A DNA stretch of 64,000 nt from positions 1,312,001 through 1,376,000 of the forward strand of contig OY970393.1 in NCBI GenBank assembly GCA_963720465.1, in the 5' to 3' direction. Origin of the DNA: Methanobacteriota archaeon. Lineage in GTDB: Archaea > Halobacteriota > Bog-38 > Methanoflorentales > Methanoflorentaceae. The notes below the pieces were generated by a model. That model was not told the DNA's origin and searched no databases. It was given only the letters and a program-made list of their open reading frames with translations. Position numbers and translations under genes: made by a program. Positions 31,124 through 41,150 of the stretch are shown in pieces (position 1 is the first letter of the stretch; each line of letters begins with the position of its first letter).

Positions 31124-31919
31124 ATGCGCGAAGCCGACACCAGTCCAGTCCCGTACGGACGATACGAAAAAGACGAATCATTTTTCGGTCTGTCAGATCT
31201 AGCGAGCCTAGCCGCAATCATCTATCTCTTCTTCTTTCTCCTGGTGCTCGTGACATACAGCGCAAATCCTTCCGAGCCGGCCGGGTTCTACAAACTTTCC
31301 GTCCTCTTTCAGATCGTGTCGTTCTTCGGCATCTTCTTTGTTCCGGCCCTGCTGATCTACTTCGGCCTCGGTCTCACAAGGAGCCTTGCGCACACGGTAG
31401 TCGTCACTCGGGTACCCAATCCTTGCGCTTGGAGCAGCAACAACCCTTAACATACCAAATGCGCCACTTTTCGCAGCGCTGAGCGGACTTGTGCTCTTTG
31501 CGTACTATTTTCTGGTGGGACTCAACCGTTCGGCGATCGAGCAACGACGACCGACTCCACGTGCCCAGCGCGCCGTGCGTCAGAGTCCAGTTGTTCCACC
31601 CCCACCGCGGCCGCCTGCTCAACAAAGGCCGTCAGATCAGCGTCCAGTTGTTCCACCCCCGCCGCGGCCGCCTGCTCAACAAAGGCCGTCAGATCAGCGT
31701 GCTTCCCCTCAAATGCGGCAGATGTCAGAATACGCGCCACCGAGCCGTCCTTCGGATTTCAGACGAGAGGTCCGGCCACAATACGGATCCTCAGATAACT
31801 TTCGCTCTCGACTCGACCGATTTCTCGATCGGTACGACTACGTAGACGGCGAAGCCGTGCGAAAGGGTTCGCGACGCAGCATGAGGCACGAAAAGGATCG
31901 ACGGCGCGGCGGCCGATAG
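31124..31919 (+). pseudogene. Frameshifted multi-TM membrane protein with Pro/Arg-rich cytoplasmic tail
   Basis: Hydrophobic ORF 31124-31450 continues in another frame from about 31404 (SLGYPILALGAATTLNIPNAPLFAALSGLVLFAYYF) into ORF 31491-31919. Confidence 0.65.
31585..31700. repeat. 57-bp tandem duplication (PVVPPPPRPPAQQRPSDQR x2)
   Basis: Two near-identical copies starting at 31585 and 31642, one mismatch. Confidence 0.92.
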
Positions 31920-31949
31920 GCGCTATTTTCGCGATTCTCAGCTATCGGG

Positions 31950-33776
31950 CTAGGAGGCAATCGCCGACATGATGACGCGATGGATGATCTCCATGACAGG
32001 GAGCATCATTCCCGGACGGGGGACTCCTATCGGGGTCTTCTGCCATATCAAGCAGGCAATAAACAGCCAATACGACGAGACGAACGTGGCAAATCCCACA
32101 AGGATTGCCAAGTCTTTCAGACGCTTCCTGTAGCCCACGAAGTAAGGCACGAAGAAAGCCATCGCGGCTGCGACAACGACTCCAAGCGTCCGGATCACCG
32201 AGAAGCTAAACGCTCCGATAAGGGCGCTTACTGCGGGCGCTAAGAGCGCCGCGTACCCGAGCACTGCTCCGCTGACTACGATCCACGCAGCGGCAAATGC
32301 TTGTTTAATATGCGACGCGTGAACAAGAACCTCACTTATGCTTGCGAGCGTGAAAAAGAGCAGCGGGATATAAAGTGGCAGAAAGTAGCGCATATCAAGG
32401 CCAAATCCTTGGTTTACGCCAAAAGGCGCGTAGATTACGAGGTTCCCGACGATGCAGATGAAAAACGTGACTGCGACTGCGCGGCTCTTCTCTATCCTAA
32501 GGTGCGCCGACCCTGTCCTCAGTCTCTGCAGCGTTCGCACGACGTACGGGACAGCAGCAAAGAGGGGAATTATGAGCAAGGGGCATATCTGAAACACCGA
32601 GAGCGTCACCGGCATGTCGACATAGAACAGTACGTGATAGAGGTTTTGGGGCCAACTCGGCGCGGTTTGCAGATTCAACGTCGTCAAAAAGAACGTAGAC
32701 AGAATTTGGATCGCAGACAAAAGTGCTGAACCAGTGGCTGAGTTGCTCGGCGTTGCCTGGTTCGCGTTTACTAGGGCACTGAGATAAACGGGCGACAAGA
32801 AAGGGTTGTTAAACAGCAGGTAATTATTGATGAAGTACGGGATCATCCCGAACAGCACCGTGGCCGCGCCCGTGATCACCGCTTTAATTCTCGCTGTTGA
32901 CGTCAACAAATCCGTCAGAATGATGGCTAGGAGGAGCGGAATGGCGTCGAAAACCCGCACCCAGAAGCAAAGCCCGACAAAAATGTAAGAGAGGTAGCGA
33001 TAGCGCTGCTTGCCGTCCAGCAGATACGTGTAGAGGCTCCAGACGCTCGCTGTGATGAGCAAGATCGACGCTGTGTGGTCTTTCGCTGAGACCGCCCAGA
33101 ACGTAAGGGGCGTCGCGATCAATATAAACGCAGCTCCAAAGGCGGCCACGCGGTCATCAGCGAAGTACCGCGTGAAGATTCGCAACGAAAGGAGGACGAT
33201 GGCCGTGGTCGCCAAGATATTGAACAGTTGGATGGCCATAAGAGCGCCCCACTGGTCAAAAACAAGCGGTGGCAGACGAGTGCCGATGTAGACATTGATG
33301 ATGAAGAGGGTAAGCGCAACAAACGCGCCAAGGCCGCGACCGAGTCGTGGCCGATCCCAACGCCTTCCCAGAAGCGAGCTCACCATGAATACACTAAACG
33401 ACCAGAGAGCAGCGAAGAAGAGCCTGATGCCGACCGTGACGCTGATGAGGTAAATGAAGGCGTAAAACGGGGACGCGAAGACCGGAATGGCGTCCGTGTA
33501 GAAGCCGTACGTATGGCCCTGGAAGGGGAACCCAAGGATTGGCGTTGAGGCTCCAAAACTGAGGCCTTCGTAGAGCTTGGTAGGCAGCGTTTGGATCCAG
33601 AGCGTTCCACGCCCAAGATTGTAGAGCTCTGCCGCGAGCGTCACCTCATCGTTGATGAAAATGTTAACGTTCCAAACCGCGATGCAGACTGCAAGCGACG
33701 CGTAAAAGAAGAGCGCAGCCGTTTCATTAGGTAAAACGCGCGTGTAGAGGCTCCGTAGCTTGTTGTTGCTCATCAC
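31950..33776 (-). CDS. Polytopic membrane protein, GT-C fold glycosyltransferase-like
   Basis: More than 12 TM segments, acidic INDE motif after the first TM, PYFINNYLLFNNPF, DMRYFLPLY; adjacent to a GT4 gene. Confidence 0.65.
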   Translation of the reverse strand: MMSNNKLRSLYTRVLPNETAALFFYASLAVCIAVWNVNIFINDEVTLAAELYNLGRGTLWIQTLPTKLYEGLSFGASTPILGFPFQGHTYGFYTDAIPVFASPFYAFIYLISVTVGIRLFFAALWSFSVFMVSSLLGRRWDRPRLGRGLGAFVALTLFIINVYIGTRLPPLVFDQWGALMAIQLFNILATTAIVLLSLRIFTRYFADDRVAAFGAAFILIATPLTFWAVSAKDHTASILLITASVWSLYTYLLDGKQRYRYLSYIFVGLCFWVRVFDAIPLLLAIILTDLLTSTARIKAVITGAATVLFGMIPYFINNYLLFNNPFLSPVYLSALVNANQATPSNSATGSALLSAIQILSTFFLTTLNLQTAPSWPQNLYHVLFYVDMPVTLSVFQICPLLIIPLFAAVPYVVRTLQRLRTGSAHLRIEKSRAVAVTFFICIVGNLVIYAPFGVNQGFGLDMRYFLPLYIPLLFFTLASISEVLVHASHIKQAFAAAWIVVSGAVLGYAALLAPAVSALIGAFSFSVIRTLGVVVAAAMAFFVPYFVGYRKRLKDLAILVGFATFVSSYWLFIACLIWQKTPIGVPRPGMMLPVMEIIHRVIMSAIAS

Positions 33777-34808
33777 TTAGCGAGCCGAGCGCTCGGCTTC
33801 ACGCTCCATGATCGTATCATAGACGCTGATATACCCGTCGACCATGCGATCCACATCAAATCGCTCCGCGCGTCTCCTGCACCGCTGCCTTCGAATGCTT
33901 CCAACCTCGCCCACTTTGTCGATCGCGTCGCGCACACTCTGAACGATAAAGCCTGTCTCTCCGTCGACGAGTATCTCCCGCACGCTGCCTTTGTCTGTGG
34001 CAATGACGGGCGTGCCACTTGCTAGAGATTCGATTAGGGTAAGACCAAACGGCTCAGCAAAAGAGATCAGGTGCAAGCTGCAATACGCCTGCTTGAAAAG
34101 CTCGTTTCTCGTTTTTTCGTCCACCGTGCCGAGATACTGTACCTGCTCCCCGTCGATCTCAGGCTTGACGCACGTCTCGAAATAGGCGCGATGCTCGCTC
34201 GCGACGAGTCCGGCAATCTTCAGCGTCATTCCGGTCTCTTTTGCCACCTCAATGGCGCGGTGCGTCCCCTTATCACGCGATATGCGTCCGAAGAACAGGA
34301 GATAATCATCAGGGGCGTCGCTATACTCAAAGGAGTCGACGTCGATCCCGTTGTACACGGTGGCAACATAGTTTAGGCCTTCTGCTCGATCGGCGTTGCT
34401 GATGGACACGTAATAATTATCCCAGTACTTTCTATACACGGGTAGAATCCGATCTGAAGAGAATCCGTGTATAGTCGTAAGAAGAGGAGTATCAGTGAGC
34501 CGTGAGAAGGTCAGCGGATAGAAGTCATAGTGACTGTGAAGAATATCGAATTCGTGCGCTTTTTCGAAGGCGTTTGATATGTGGAGCCATTGATAGACGC
34601 CAGCGTCAAGCGATTCATCTTCATAGAATCCGTGAGGACACACCCACTCAAGCTTTGCCTTCGTGACAGAGTCGCCGGTTGCGAAGAGCGTAACGTCGTA
34701 GCCTCGCTCGACCAGTCCTTCGGTCAGGTAATGGACGACAGTCTCCCAGGGCCCGTAACGGCGTGGCGGGGTTCTCCACGAGATGGGTCCCAGCATTCCT
34801 ACCTTCAA
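33777..34808 (-). CDS. Glycosyltransferase family 4
   Basis: TPPRRYGPWE, VTLFATGDS, FFGRISRDKG, EPFGLTLIESLASGTPVI. TTG start after GGAGG. Confidence 0.92.
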   Translation of the reverse strand: MKVGMLGPISWRTPPRRYGPWETVVHYLTEGLVERGYDVTLFATGDSVTKAKLEWVCPHGFYEDESLDAGVYQWLHISNAFEKAHEFDILHSHYDFYPLTFSRLTDTPLLTTIHGFSSDRILPVYRKYWDNYYVSISNADRAEGLNYVATVYNGIDVDSFEYSDAPDDYLLFFGRISRDKGTHRAIEVAKETGMTLKIAGLVASEHRAYFETCVKPEIDGEQVQYLGTVDEKTRNELFKQAYCSLHLISFAEPFGLTLIESLASGTPVIATDKGSVREILVDGETGFIVQSVRDAIDKVGEVGSIRRQRCRRRAERFDVDRMVDGYISVYDTIMEREAERSAR

Positions 34809-34875
34809 CCGACAACCTCCCCGAGCGTGCTCAGCGTTGTGAACCAGATACCGGCTCGACCCGCGCAATCCTCGC

Positions 34876-36144
34876 CTAGCCCGATGCTTTCATCGCCGCC
34901 TTAGCCGCTTTCGCGTCGCTTTGTAGCGCCTTCACACTGTCGGTGCGCTCCCACGGTAGATCGAGATCCGCGCGACCAAAATGCCCATAGGCGGCGAGTT
35001 GTCGGTAGATCGGACGTCGAAGTCGCAGTGTGTTGATGATCCAGCCCGGAGTGAGTGCAAAACGGCGCCTGATAATTTCAGAGATGGACCCCTCAGGTAT
35101 GCTGGCCGTGCCGAACGTATTGACGTATATCGCTATAGGTTGAGCTACGCCTATTGCATACGAGACCTGGATTTCGCACTTGTCGGCGAGTCCTGCCGCA
35201 ACAACGTTTTTCGCGATATACCTGGCCGCGTACGCTGCCGATCGGTCGACCTTCGTCGGATCCTTCCCAGAAAAAGAGCCCCCGCCGTGTCGTGCCATTC
35301 CTCCGTACGTATCGACGATGATCTTACGCCCCGACATGCCAGCGTCGCCTTTAGGGCCTCCGATCACGAACCGACCCGTGGGGTTGACGTAAACCTTCGT
35401 GTCCTCATCGATCATGTCGGCGGGGATAACGACGTCGATTACTTTCGCCTGAATATCCCGTCTGATGGTGTCAAGCTCGACGTCCGGAGCGTGCTGCGAA
35501 GATACGATTACCGTGTCGACTCGAGCAGGCCGATCGTCAACGTATTCCACCGTTACCTGTGTCTTGCCATCAGGGCCGAGATACCCTATTTCTCCAGATT
35601 TCCTGACCTCAGTCAGCCTGAGCGCAAGTTTATTCGCAAGCAGTATCGGCATCGGCATCAGCTCCGCGGTTTCATTCGTGGCATAGCCGAACACCATCCC
35701 CTGATCGCCCGCGCCGAGTTCGGCATCCTCATCTACGTCCGCGGGCACCTGCGCACACTCGAGGTCAACTCCACCGTCACCTACGGCAGTAACCCTGCAC
35801 TCAAGCGACCTGTTGACCCCTTGAGCAATATCCGGAGACTGTTCTTTGATCGATACAATAATCCCAAAGTTGTCGCAGTCGAAACCGAATCGCGAATCGA
35901 CGTAGCCGATCTCGCGGATCGTATCTCGCACCACGCGGGGTATGTCCACGGTGCAAGTCGTCGTGATTTCACCGATCACCACCGCGAGCCCCGTAGTCAC
36001 TGCGACTTCGCACGCGACTCGCGCGTTCTTAGGGTCGCGCTCGATAATCGCGTCCAGTATAGCATCCGAAATCTGGTCGCAGATCTTATCGGGATGCCCT
36101 TCCGTTACTGATTCAGATGTAAACAAAAAACGATTCTCAGACAT
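34876..36144 (-). CDS. metK: S-adenosylmethionine synthetase, bacterial/eukaryotic type
   Basis: [60 protein letters not shown]. Confidence 0.97.
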   Translation of the reverse strand: MSENRFLFTSESVTEGHPDKICDQISDAILDAIIERDPKNARVACEVAVTTGLAVVIGEITTTCTVDIPRVVRDTIREIGYVDSRFGFDCDNFGIIVSIKEQSPDIAQGVNRSLECRVTAVGDGGVDLECAQVPADVDEDAELGAGDQGMVFGYATNETAELMPMPILLANKLALRLTEVRKSGEIGYLGPDGKTQVTVEYVDDRPARVDTVIVSSQHAPDVELDTIRRDIQAKVIDVVIPADMIDEDTKVYVNPTGRFVIGGPKGDAGMSGRKIIVDTYGGMARHGGGSFSGKDPTKVDRSAAYAARYIAKNVVAAGLADKCEIQVSYAIGVAQPIAIYVNTFGTASIPEGSISEIIRRRFALTPGWIINTLRLRRPIYRQLAAYGHFGRADLDLPWERTDSVKALQSDAKAAKAAMKASG

Positions 36145-36260
36145 CGTTCTTCTATTCGCTCCACGATTGACAACCTTTTTACCGGTTGGCCTTTATTATT
36201 GGTATCTATATAAAGCGTACGGTTGCTGCATGCGACTGCATAGCAGATGAGGAATCTTGC

Positions 36261-37514
36261 ATGAAAAACATAATTAAGGACATAGGCCTCGCTGATGTAG
36301 GGGAACAACGAATTGAATGGGCTCGCAGGCACATGCCCGTTCTTGAGAAAATTAAGAGTGAATTTGCCCACGAAAAACCGCTAGATGGCATTAACATTAC
36401 TGCGTGCCTTCACGTAACGGTCGAAACTGCGAACCTTATCCGAGTGCTCAGCGCCGGAGGAGCGAATGTCGCCCTCACAGGCTCAAATCCTCTCAGCACC
36501 CAAGATGACGTCGCCGCAGCCCTCGCAAACGACGGGATCTCCGTATGCGCCCTTCGTGGCGAAAGCGACGCTCAGTATCGCGCGTGCATAGAAGAGGCAC
36601 TCAAGATCGGGCCGCATGTCACGCTTGACGACGGCGCGGACGTTATCGCCACGGTCCACAATGATCATCCCGAATACCTAAGCGCGATGATGGGCGGCTG
36701 CGAGGAGACGACAACGGGCGTCATCAGATTGAGGGCAATGGCGGCAGAAGGCGCGCTCAAATATCCTGTGATCGCGGTCAACGATGCCGAAACCAAGATG
36801 ATGTTTGACAATCGGTATGGGACGGGACAAAGCACGCTTCACGGCATCATGAATGCGACGAATTTCTTGTTTGCTGGAAAAACCGTCGTCGTCGTCGGCT
36901 ATGGGTGGTGTGGCCGAGGCGTCGCAGCGCGCGCAAAAGGCCTCGGCGCGAACGTGGTTATTGTCGAGGTCGAGCCACGAAAAGCCCTCGAGGCGGCAAT
37001 GGACGGCTTCAGAGTGATGCCGATGTGCGACGCGGCACGGATCGGAGATCTCTTCATCACGGTCACCGGCGACATCTCAGTAATTCGAGGGGAACACTTC
37101 AAGGTTATGAAAGATCAGGCTATCGTCTGCAATTCCGGACATTTCAACGTCGAACTCGATCTGAAAGAGCTTAATGGGATGGCGACAAGCACGTCGAATG
37201 TCAAAGAGAATGTGGACGAGTATCGAATGCCCGATGGCAGGACGATCTACGTGCTTGCGGAGGGGAGGCTGATCAACCTCTCGGCGGCCTTCGGGCACCC
37301 ACCCGAAGTCATGGATATGAGCTTCGCGAACCAGGCACTGTGCGTCAAATACGTCGTCGAAAATCACGCACATCTGAGCAACTCGGTGCACAGTGTGCCG
37401 ACCGCAATAGACAAACGGGTAGCCACGCTAAAACTCAGTGCGATCGGTATTAAGATTGAGCAACTCACGCCGCAGCAAGAGGCGTACCTGCACTCGTGGA
37501 CGCTCGGAACGTAG
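36261..37514 (+). CDS. ahcY: Adenosylhomocysteinase
   Basis: CLHVTVET, SNPLSTQD, EETTTG, FDNRYGTGQS, GYGWCGRG, GHPPEVMDMSF. Confidence 0.97.
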   Translation: MKNIIKDIGLADVGEQRIEWARRHMPVLEKIKSEFAHEKPLDGINITACLHVTVETANLIRVLSAGGANVALTGSNPLSTQDDVAAALANDGISVCALRGESDAQYRACIEEALKIGPHVTLDDGADVIATVHNDHPEYLSAMMGGCEETTTGVIRLRAMAAEGALKYPVIAVNDAETKMMFDNRYGTGQSTLHGIMNATNFLFAGKTVVVVGYGWCGRGVAARAKGLGANVVIVEVEPRKALEAAMDGFRVMPMCDAARIGDLFITVTGDISVIRGEHFKVMKDQAIVCNSGHFNVELDLKELNGMATSTSNVKENVDEYRMPDGRTIYVLAEGRLINLSAAFGHPPEVMDMSFANQALCVKYVVENHAHLSNSVHSVPTAIDKRVATLKLSAIGIKIEQLTPQQEAYLHSWTLGT

Positions 37515-37570
37515 CTCGTCTGCGCGCACGCTGCTTTAAAGGAGAGGTTCGAACGGAGGGAACTTGACCA

Positions 37571-38641
37571 ATGACTGCGATCGATGACTATATACGAGAC
37601 GTATTTGGAAGCGATGCGAACGTCGTGCGTGTCAGCGAACTGGGTCACCCAACCGAGGAGCTCAAAGGCTTTGGTTATGGAAGGCCCTATCAGATTACGT
37701 TTTCGCTCGGCGGCGCGCTCAAATCCGTTGTTCTTTCGTCGATGCGACGCGAAGGCGGCTTTGGTCACGATCACTTCTCCGACCGCGCCCAGATTCTCAT
37801 CTGGCAGCACGCCACCTTTGGCTCACTCGCTCGGCACGTGCGCGCTTTCGATGTGGGTTACTTCACCCGTGACGGAAGGATGCGATCTGCCCGCGACGCC
37901 GACGAGTACTTCATCCTGATGGATCTGGTCACGGGAACTGAGTACTTCCACGACCTCAATACCGTTAAGGACTCGGGCGCGCTCACCGATCTTGACTTGG
38001 CCCGTGCGGAAGCGCTCTCAAATTACCTCGTCGCTATACACGCCGTGAAACGCGATGAACCTGTTCTTTACACACGCCGCATACGCGAGCTTATAGGTCA
38101 CGGCGAGCTTATTATGGGCCTGATCGATAGCTACCCGAATAACTTCCACGCATTTTCGCAAGATGATTTCCGACTGCTCGAAAAGCGCTGCATTGATTGG
38201 CGATATGCGCTAAAAGATCGCGCGCATCGGCTTTGCGTGGTCCACGGCGATTATCACCCATGGAACATCATGTTCAGAGATGGTACTGATCTTACCGTTC
38301 TCGACAGGAGCCGTGGAGAATTCGGAGAAGCCGCCGATGATGTGACCTCGTTAAGCGTGAACTATCTCTTTTATTCAATCCAGAAGTACGGGAAACTTGC
38401 GAGAGAGTTCAAGACGTTGTTTGACTCGTTCATAAGAAACTACCTGCGGGAGACGCAAGATCATGAACTCCTTGAGGTTATACAACCATTCTACGCTTTC
38501 AGAGGGCTTGTTGTGGCAAGCCCCATATGGTATCCGAACATCGATCAGCAGGTGCGGCAGAGGCTGTTCAACTTCGTGCGAAACGTGCTTGAAGCCGAAA
38601 CGTTCGACTATCAGAACGTCAATGCACTCTTAAAGGATTGA
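37571..38641 (+). CDS. Aminoglycoside phosphotransferase-fold kinase
   Basis: VHGDYHPWNI and VLDRS (Brenner-type motifs), GEAADD. Confidence 0.8.
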   Translation: MTAIDDYIRDVFGSDANVVRVSELGHPTEELKGFGYGRPYQITFSLGGALKSVVLSSMRREGGFGHDHFSDRAQILIWQHATFGSLARHVRAFDVGYFTRDGRMRSARDADEYFILMDLVTGTEYFHDLNTVKDSGALTDLDLARAEALSNYLVAIHAVKRDEPVLYTRRIRELIGHGELIMGLIDSYPNNFHAFSQDDFRLLEKRCIDWRYALKDRAHRLCVVHGDYHPWNIMFRDGTDLTVLDRSRGEFGEAADDVTSLSVNYLFYSIQKYGKLAREFKTLFDSFIRNYLRETQDHELLEVIQPFYAFRGLVVASPIWYPNIDQQVRQRLFNFVRNVLEAETFDYQNVNALLKD

Positions 38642-38664
38642 CCTCACCCGGGGTGACCCTGACG

Positions 38665-39201
38665 ATGGCCTGGGCTATTTGGATTACTGGACTTCCCGGA
38701 AGCGGCAAAACCTCTATTGCACGAGAAGTTGCCGAGAGCCTCCAGGACGAAAGGCTGAAAACACTGCAACTTGACGAGATTCGGACTATCGTTACTCCCA
38801 AGCCGACGTATTCAGAGCAGGAACGCGATATCGTCTACGCGTTTCTCGCGTACACAGCGAAGGTACTTACCGAGTGTGGGGTGAACGTTATCATTGACGC
38901 GACGGCAAACCGAAAACGTTATCGCGATCTCGCCCGTCGACTCATACCCCGCTTCGCCGAAGTTTATGTCAGCTGTTCGCTTGGCACGTGCGTGCAGCGC
39001 GAGGCATATCGGGTGACACAGTTCACACCATCGGGCATTTATGAGAAATCACACGCGAGAGAGGCCGCCGTACCTGGGGTGAACGTAGCATTCGAGACGA
39101 CCGAAGACCCGGAATTGACCATAGACAGCGAGCGCGTTGCGCCGACCGAGGCAGCCGAAGTCATCGTAAAGGAGATAAGGCGACTTTTTGATGGAACTTG
39201 A
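38665..39201 (+). CDS. Adenylylsulfate kinase-like P-loop kinase
   Basis: WITGLPGSGKT, LDEIR, VIIDATA, VPGVNVAFE. Confidence 0.8.
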   Translation: MAWAIWITGLPGSGKTSIAREVAESLQDERLKTLQLDEIRTIVTPKPTYSEQERDIVYAFLAYTAKVLTECGVNVIIDATANRKRYRDLARRLIPRFAEVYVSCSLGTCVQREAYRVTQFTPSGIYEKSHAREAAVPGVNVAFETTEDPELTIDSERVAPTEAAEVIVKEIRRLFDGT

Positions 39202-40030
39202 TAGTATCGTGGCCATGGCTACGCGAGCAATGGAATCCGTGCTTGCGTTCGTCAAAACGGAGACAGATTTCTCCGCGATAACAAAGCAGAAAGAGCGCGA
39301 CGTGACGCGGAGGTTCGATCTCGTTGCTGAGCAAACGCTGCAAGAAGAGCTGCTCGCCAGAGAGATCAGCGCGCGGATTGTCTCAGAAGAGTGGGGCGAC
39401 CACACCATTGGAGATGACCCGCAGTGCACGTTCATCTTCGATCCGGTCGACGGATCCACCAACGTCGCTATCGGTTTTCCGTACTTCTGCTCGTCGCTCG
39501 CCTACGCACCGAAAACCGACGACGTCACCTTGAATGATGTCACCATGGGCGCAGTAGTCACAAACTCCTTAGACGCATATGCCGCCAAACGAGGCGACGG
39601 CGCGCGCTTCAACGCGACACCGCTCGTGACGAAAAAATCCCCTAGGCCTAGGAAGCCCGTGGTCGCTGGATACGCTTATGGGGTATCGCGCGTTCCGCGT
39701 GGACTCATCGAGCTCGAAAAGTGCAGCATCGTGCGGATTTTCGGAAGCATTGCCTACGACCTGTGTCAGGTCGCCTCGGGAACGCTCGACGCAGTCGTTG
39801 ACACGAGAGATCGCTTAAGCAGTTACGACATTGCTGCCGCGCAGCTCATCGTGCGCGAGTCGCACGGATTCGTCACGACGGGCGATGGCAGCCCATTGGA
39901 TGCCCCCGTCACGGCCACTAATCTATCCCTCGTTTGTTCCATAGACCCAACGCTGCACGACACAATCGTGCAGACCTTGCGCCAATTCTCAAAGGATGGA
40001 CTGCCTCGACCCCACAACGACACATCTTGA
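39188..40030 (+). CDS. Inositol monophosphatase / FBPase family
   Basis: IVSEE, FDPVDGSTN, RIFGS, YDIAAA. Confidence 0.88.
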   Translation: MMELDSIVAMATRAMESVLAFVKTETDFSAITKQKERDVTRRFDLVAEQTLQEELLAREISARIVSEEWGDHTIGDDPQCTFIFDPVDGSTNVAIGFPYFCSSLAYAPKTDDVTLNDVTMGAVVTNSLDAYAAKRGDGARFNATPLVTKKSPRPRKPVVAGYAYGVSRVPRGLIELEKCSIVRIFGSIAYDLCQVASGTLDAVVDTRDRLSSYDIAAAQLIVRESHGFVTTGDGSPLDAPVTATNLSLVCSIDPTLHDTIVQTLRQFSKDGLPRPHNDTS

Positions 40031-40183
40031 TTGGTCAAGCCTCCTGCCTTAGTTTTGTCAAACTGAAGGCAGGCAGCCAAGATTTCCCGGTGCCGAGACT
40101 GCATCTTCGCTGACGCAAGCTCAATACGAGCTCCACGCTTACTCGAGAGAAGAAGAGCCGTTGTATCTCTGCAACAAAAACTA

Positions 40184-40245
40184 TGGTCTGGGGGGGAAAA
40201 GCAGATTTGAACTTCTTAGGTCAGGTTCCGTTTCCCCCCAGACTA
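40184..40245. other. Long GC-clamped hairpin (candidate sRNA, terminator or MITE)
   Basis: TGGTCTGGGGGGGAAA ... TTTCCCCCCAGACTA arms, with an inner GATTTGA/TCAGGTT helix. Confidence 0.6.
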
Positions 40246-40425
40246 AAGGGCGTACAAAAATCGGTACTGTGTTGACTCGCTAGAATATAAATCTGACTTG
40301 AAACAGAGTCTTGGGTGCGGCGTCGTAGTTAAGGAAGTCGCTGTCATGACGGTTCGCGGTTGCATCCACGACTTTCCGCACACGCCCCGAACCAAAAACA
40401 CACCGTAGCTCTAAGCGCTCGATTA

Positions 40426-40650
40426 TTACATCTTTTCGTAACACGCCCACATCTTGAAAAAATCAGTCCTAGTAATTTTCAGCTCGTGAATGATGCTATG
40501 CAGCAACCCCTTAGGAAGCTGGCGATGAGCGTGTATCGGTATCGTGGTTGCCTGACCGCCCTCAGAAACTAGTCGAACGTGTGAACCTCGCGTGCGAGTT
40601 ACGCGATAACCTAAGGACTCCAGGAACTTGACGAGTTCGCCGCCGCTCAC
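40426..40650 (-). CDS. hicA: HicA family toxin
   Basis: VSGGELVKFLESLGY..RGSHVRL..TTIPIH..LPKGLLHSII. Confidence 0.9.
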   Translation of the reverse strand: MSGGELVKFLESLGYRVTRTRGSHVRLVSEGGQATTIPIHAHRQLPKGLLHSIIHELKITRTDFFKMWACYEKM

Positions 40651-40712
40651 CGACGGAAACTTCTCGATGTGTGCCGCGGCGGCGCCCTTTTGCTCGCAGC
40701 TCGGGGTCGGCT

Positions 40713-40886
40713 TCAGTTCTGTCCCTCCTCCTCAAGCTCATCCTCGCATAGCTGAATGCACTCCTTGATGTTATCCAATGCCTCTTCGAGAGTTGTGCCG
40801 TATGAGTGACAACCTTTTAAGGTCGGACACGTTGCGATGTAGTAACCGGCATCATCTCTTCTTATAACGATCTGGCATTCTTCCAC
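40713..40886 (-). CDS. hicB: HicB family antitoxin (57 aa, not in ORF track)
   Basis: MEECQIVIRRDDAGYYIATCPTLKGCHSYGTTLEEALDNIKECIQLC. Confidence 0.88.
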   Translation of the reverse strand: MEECQIVIRRDDAGYYIATCPTLKGCHSYGTTLEEALDNIKECIQLCEDELEEEGQN

Positions 40887-41150
40887 TAACTGCCACCCCT
40901 AACAGGGCTTCTCGTGCACGTATAATAATGCTTGCTCTAGCGATGAATGTTCTCGCGAAAGCTGCTGAATTTGACGCCGGTTCCATCGAAGCGAGACTTG
41001 ATAGGCCTCAATGAGAAGATTCGTCATTGAGTGCGCGCCGTTGAGCTCCGACGAGGAGGCAACAAAGGCTTAAGTTTGCAGACACTCCTTTCTGAATAGG
41101 TCATCCGACCGTGTTTTGCACGGTCCGAAATATGACGTGGACGCGCTGTT

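Noticed and set aside
34981-36111. 376-aa ORF antisense to metK, and similar shadow ORFs over cofG, M42 peptidase, ilvB and pntA
   Set aside because: Antisense shadows of well-conserved GC-rich genes with no recognisable motifs.
40184-40245. tRNA or tRNA-Pyl interpretation of the hairpin
   Set aside because: GTTCAAATC is present but no cloverleaf, T-stem or anticodon arm can be formed.
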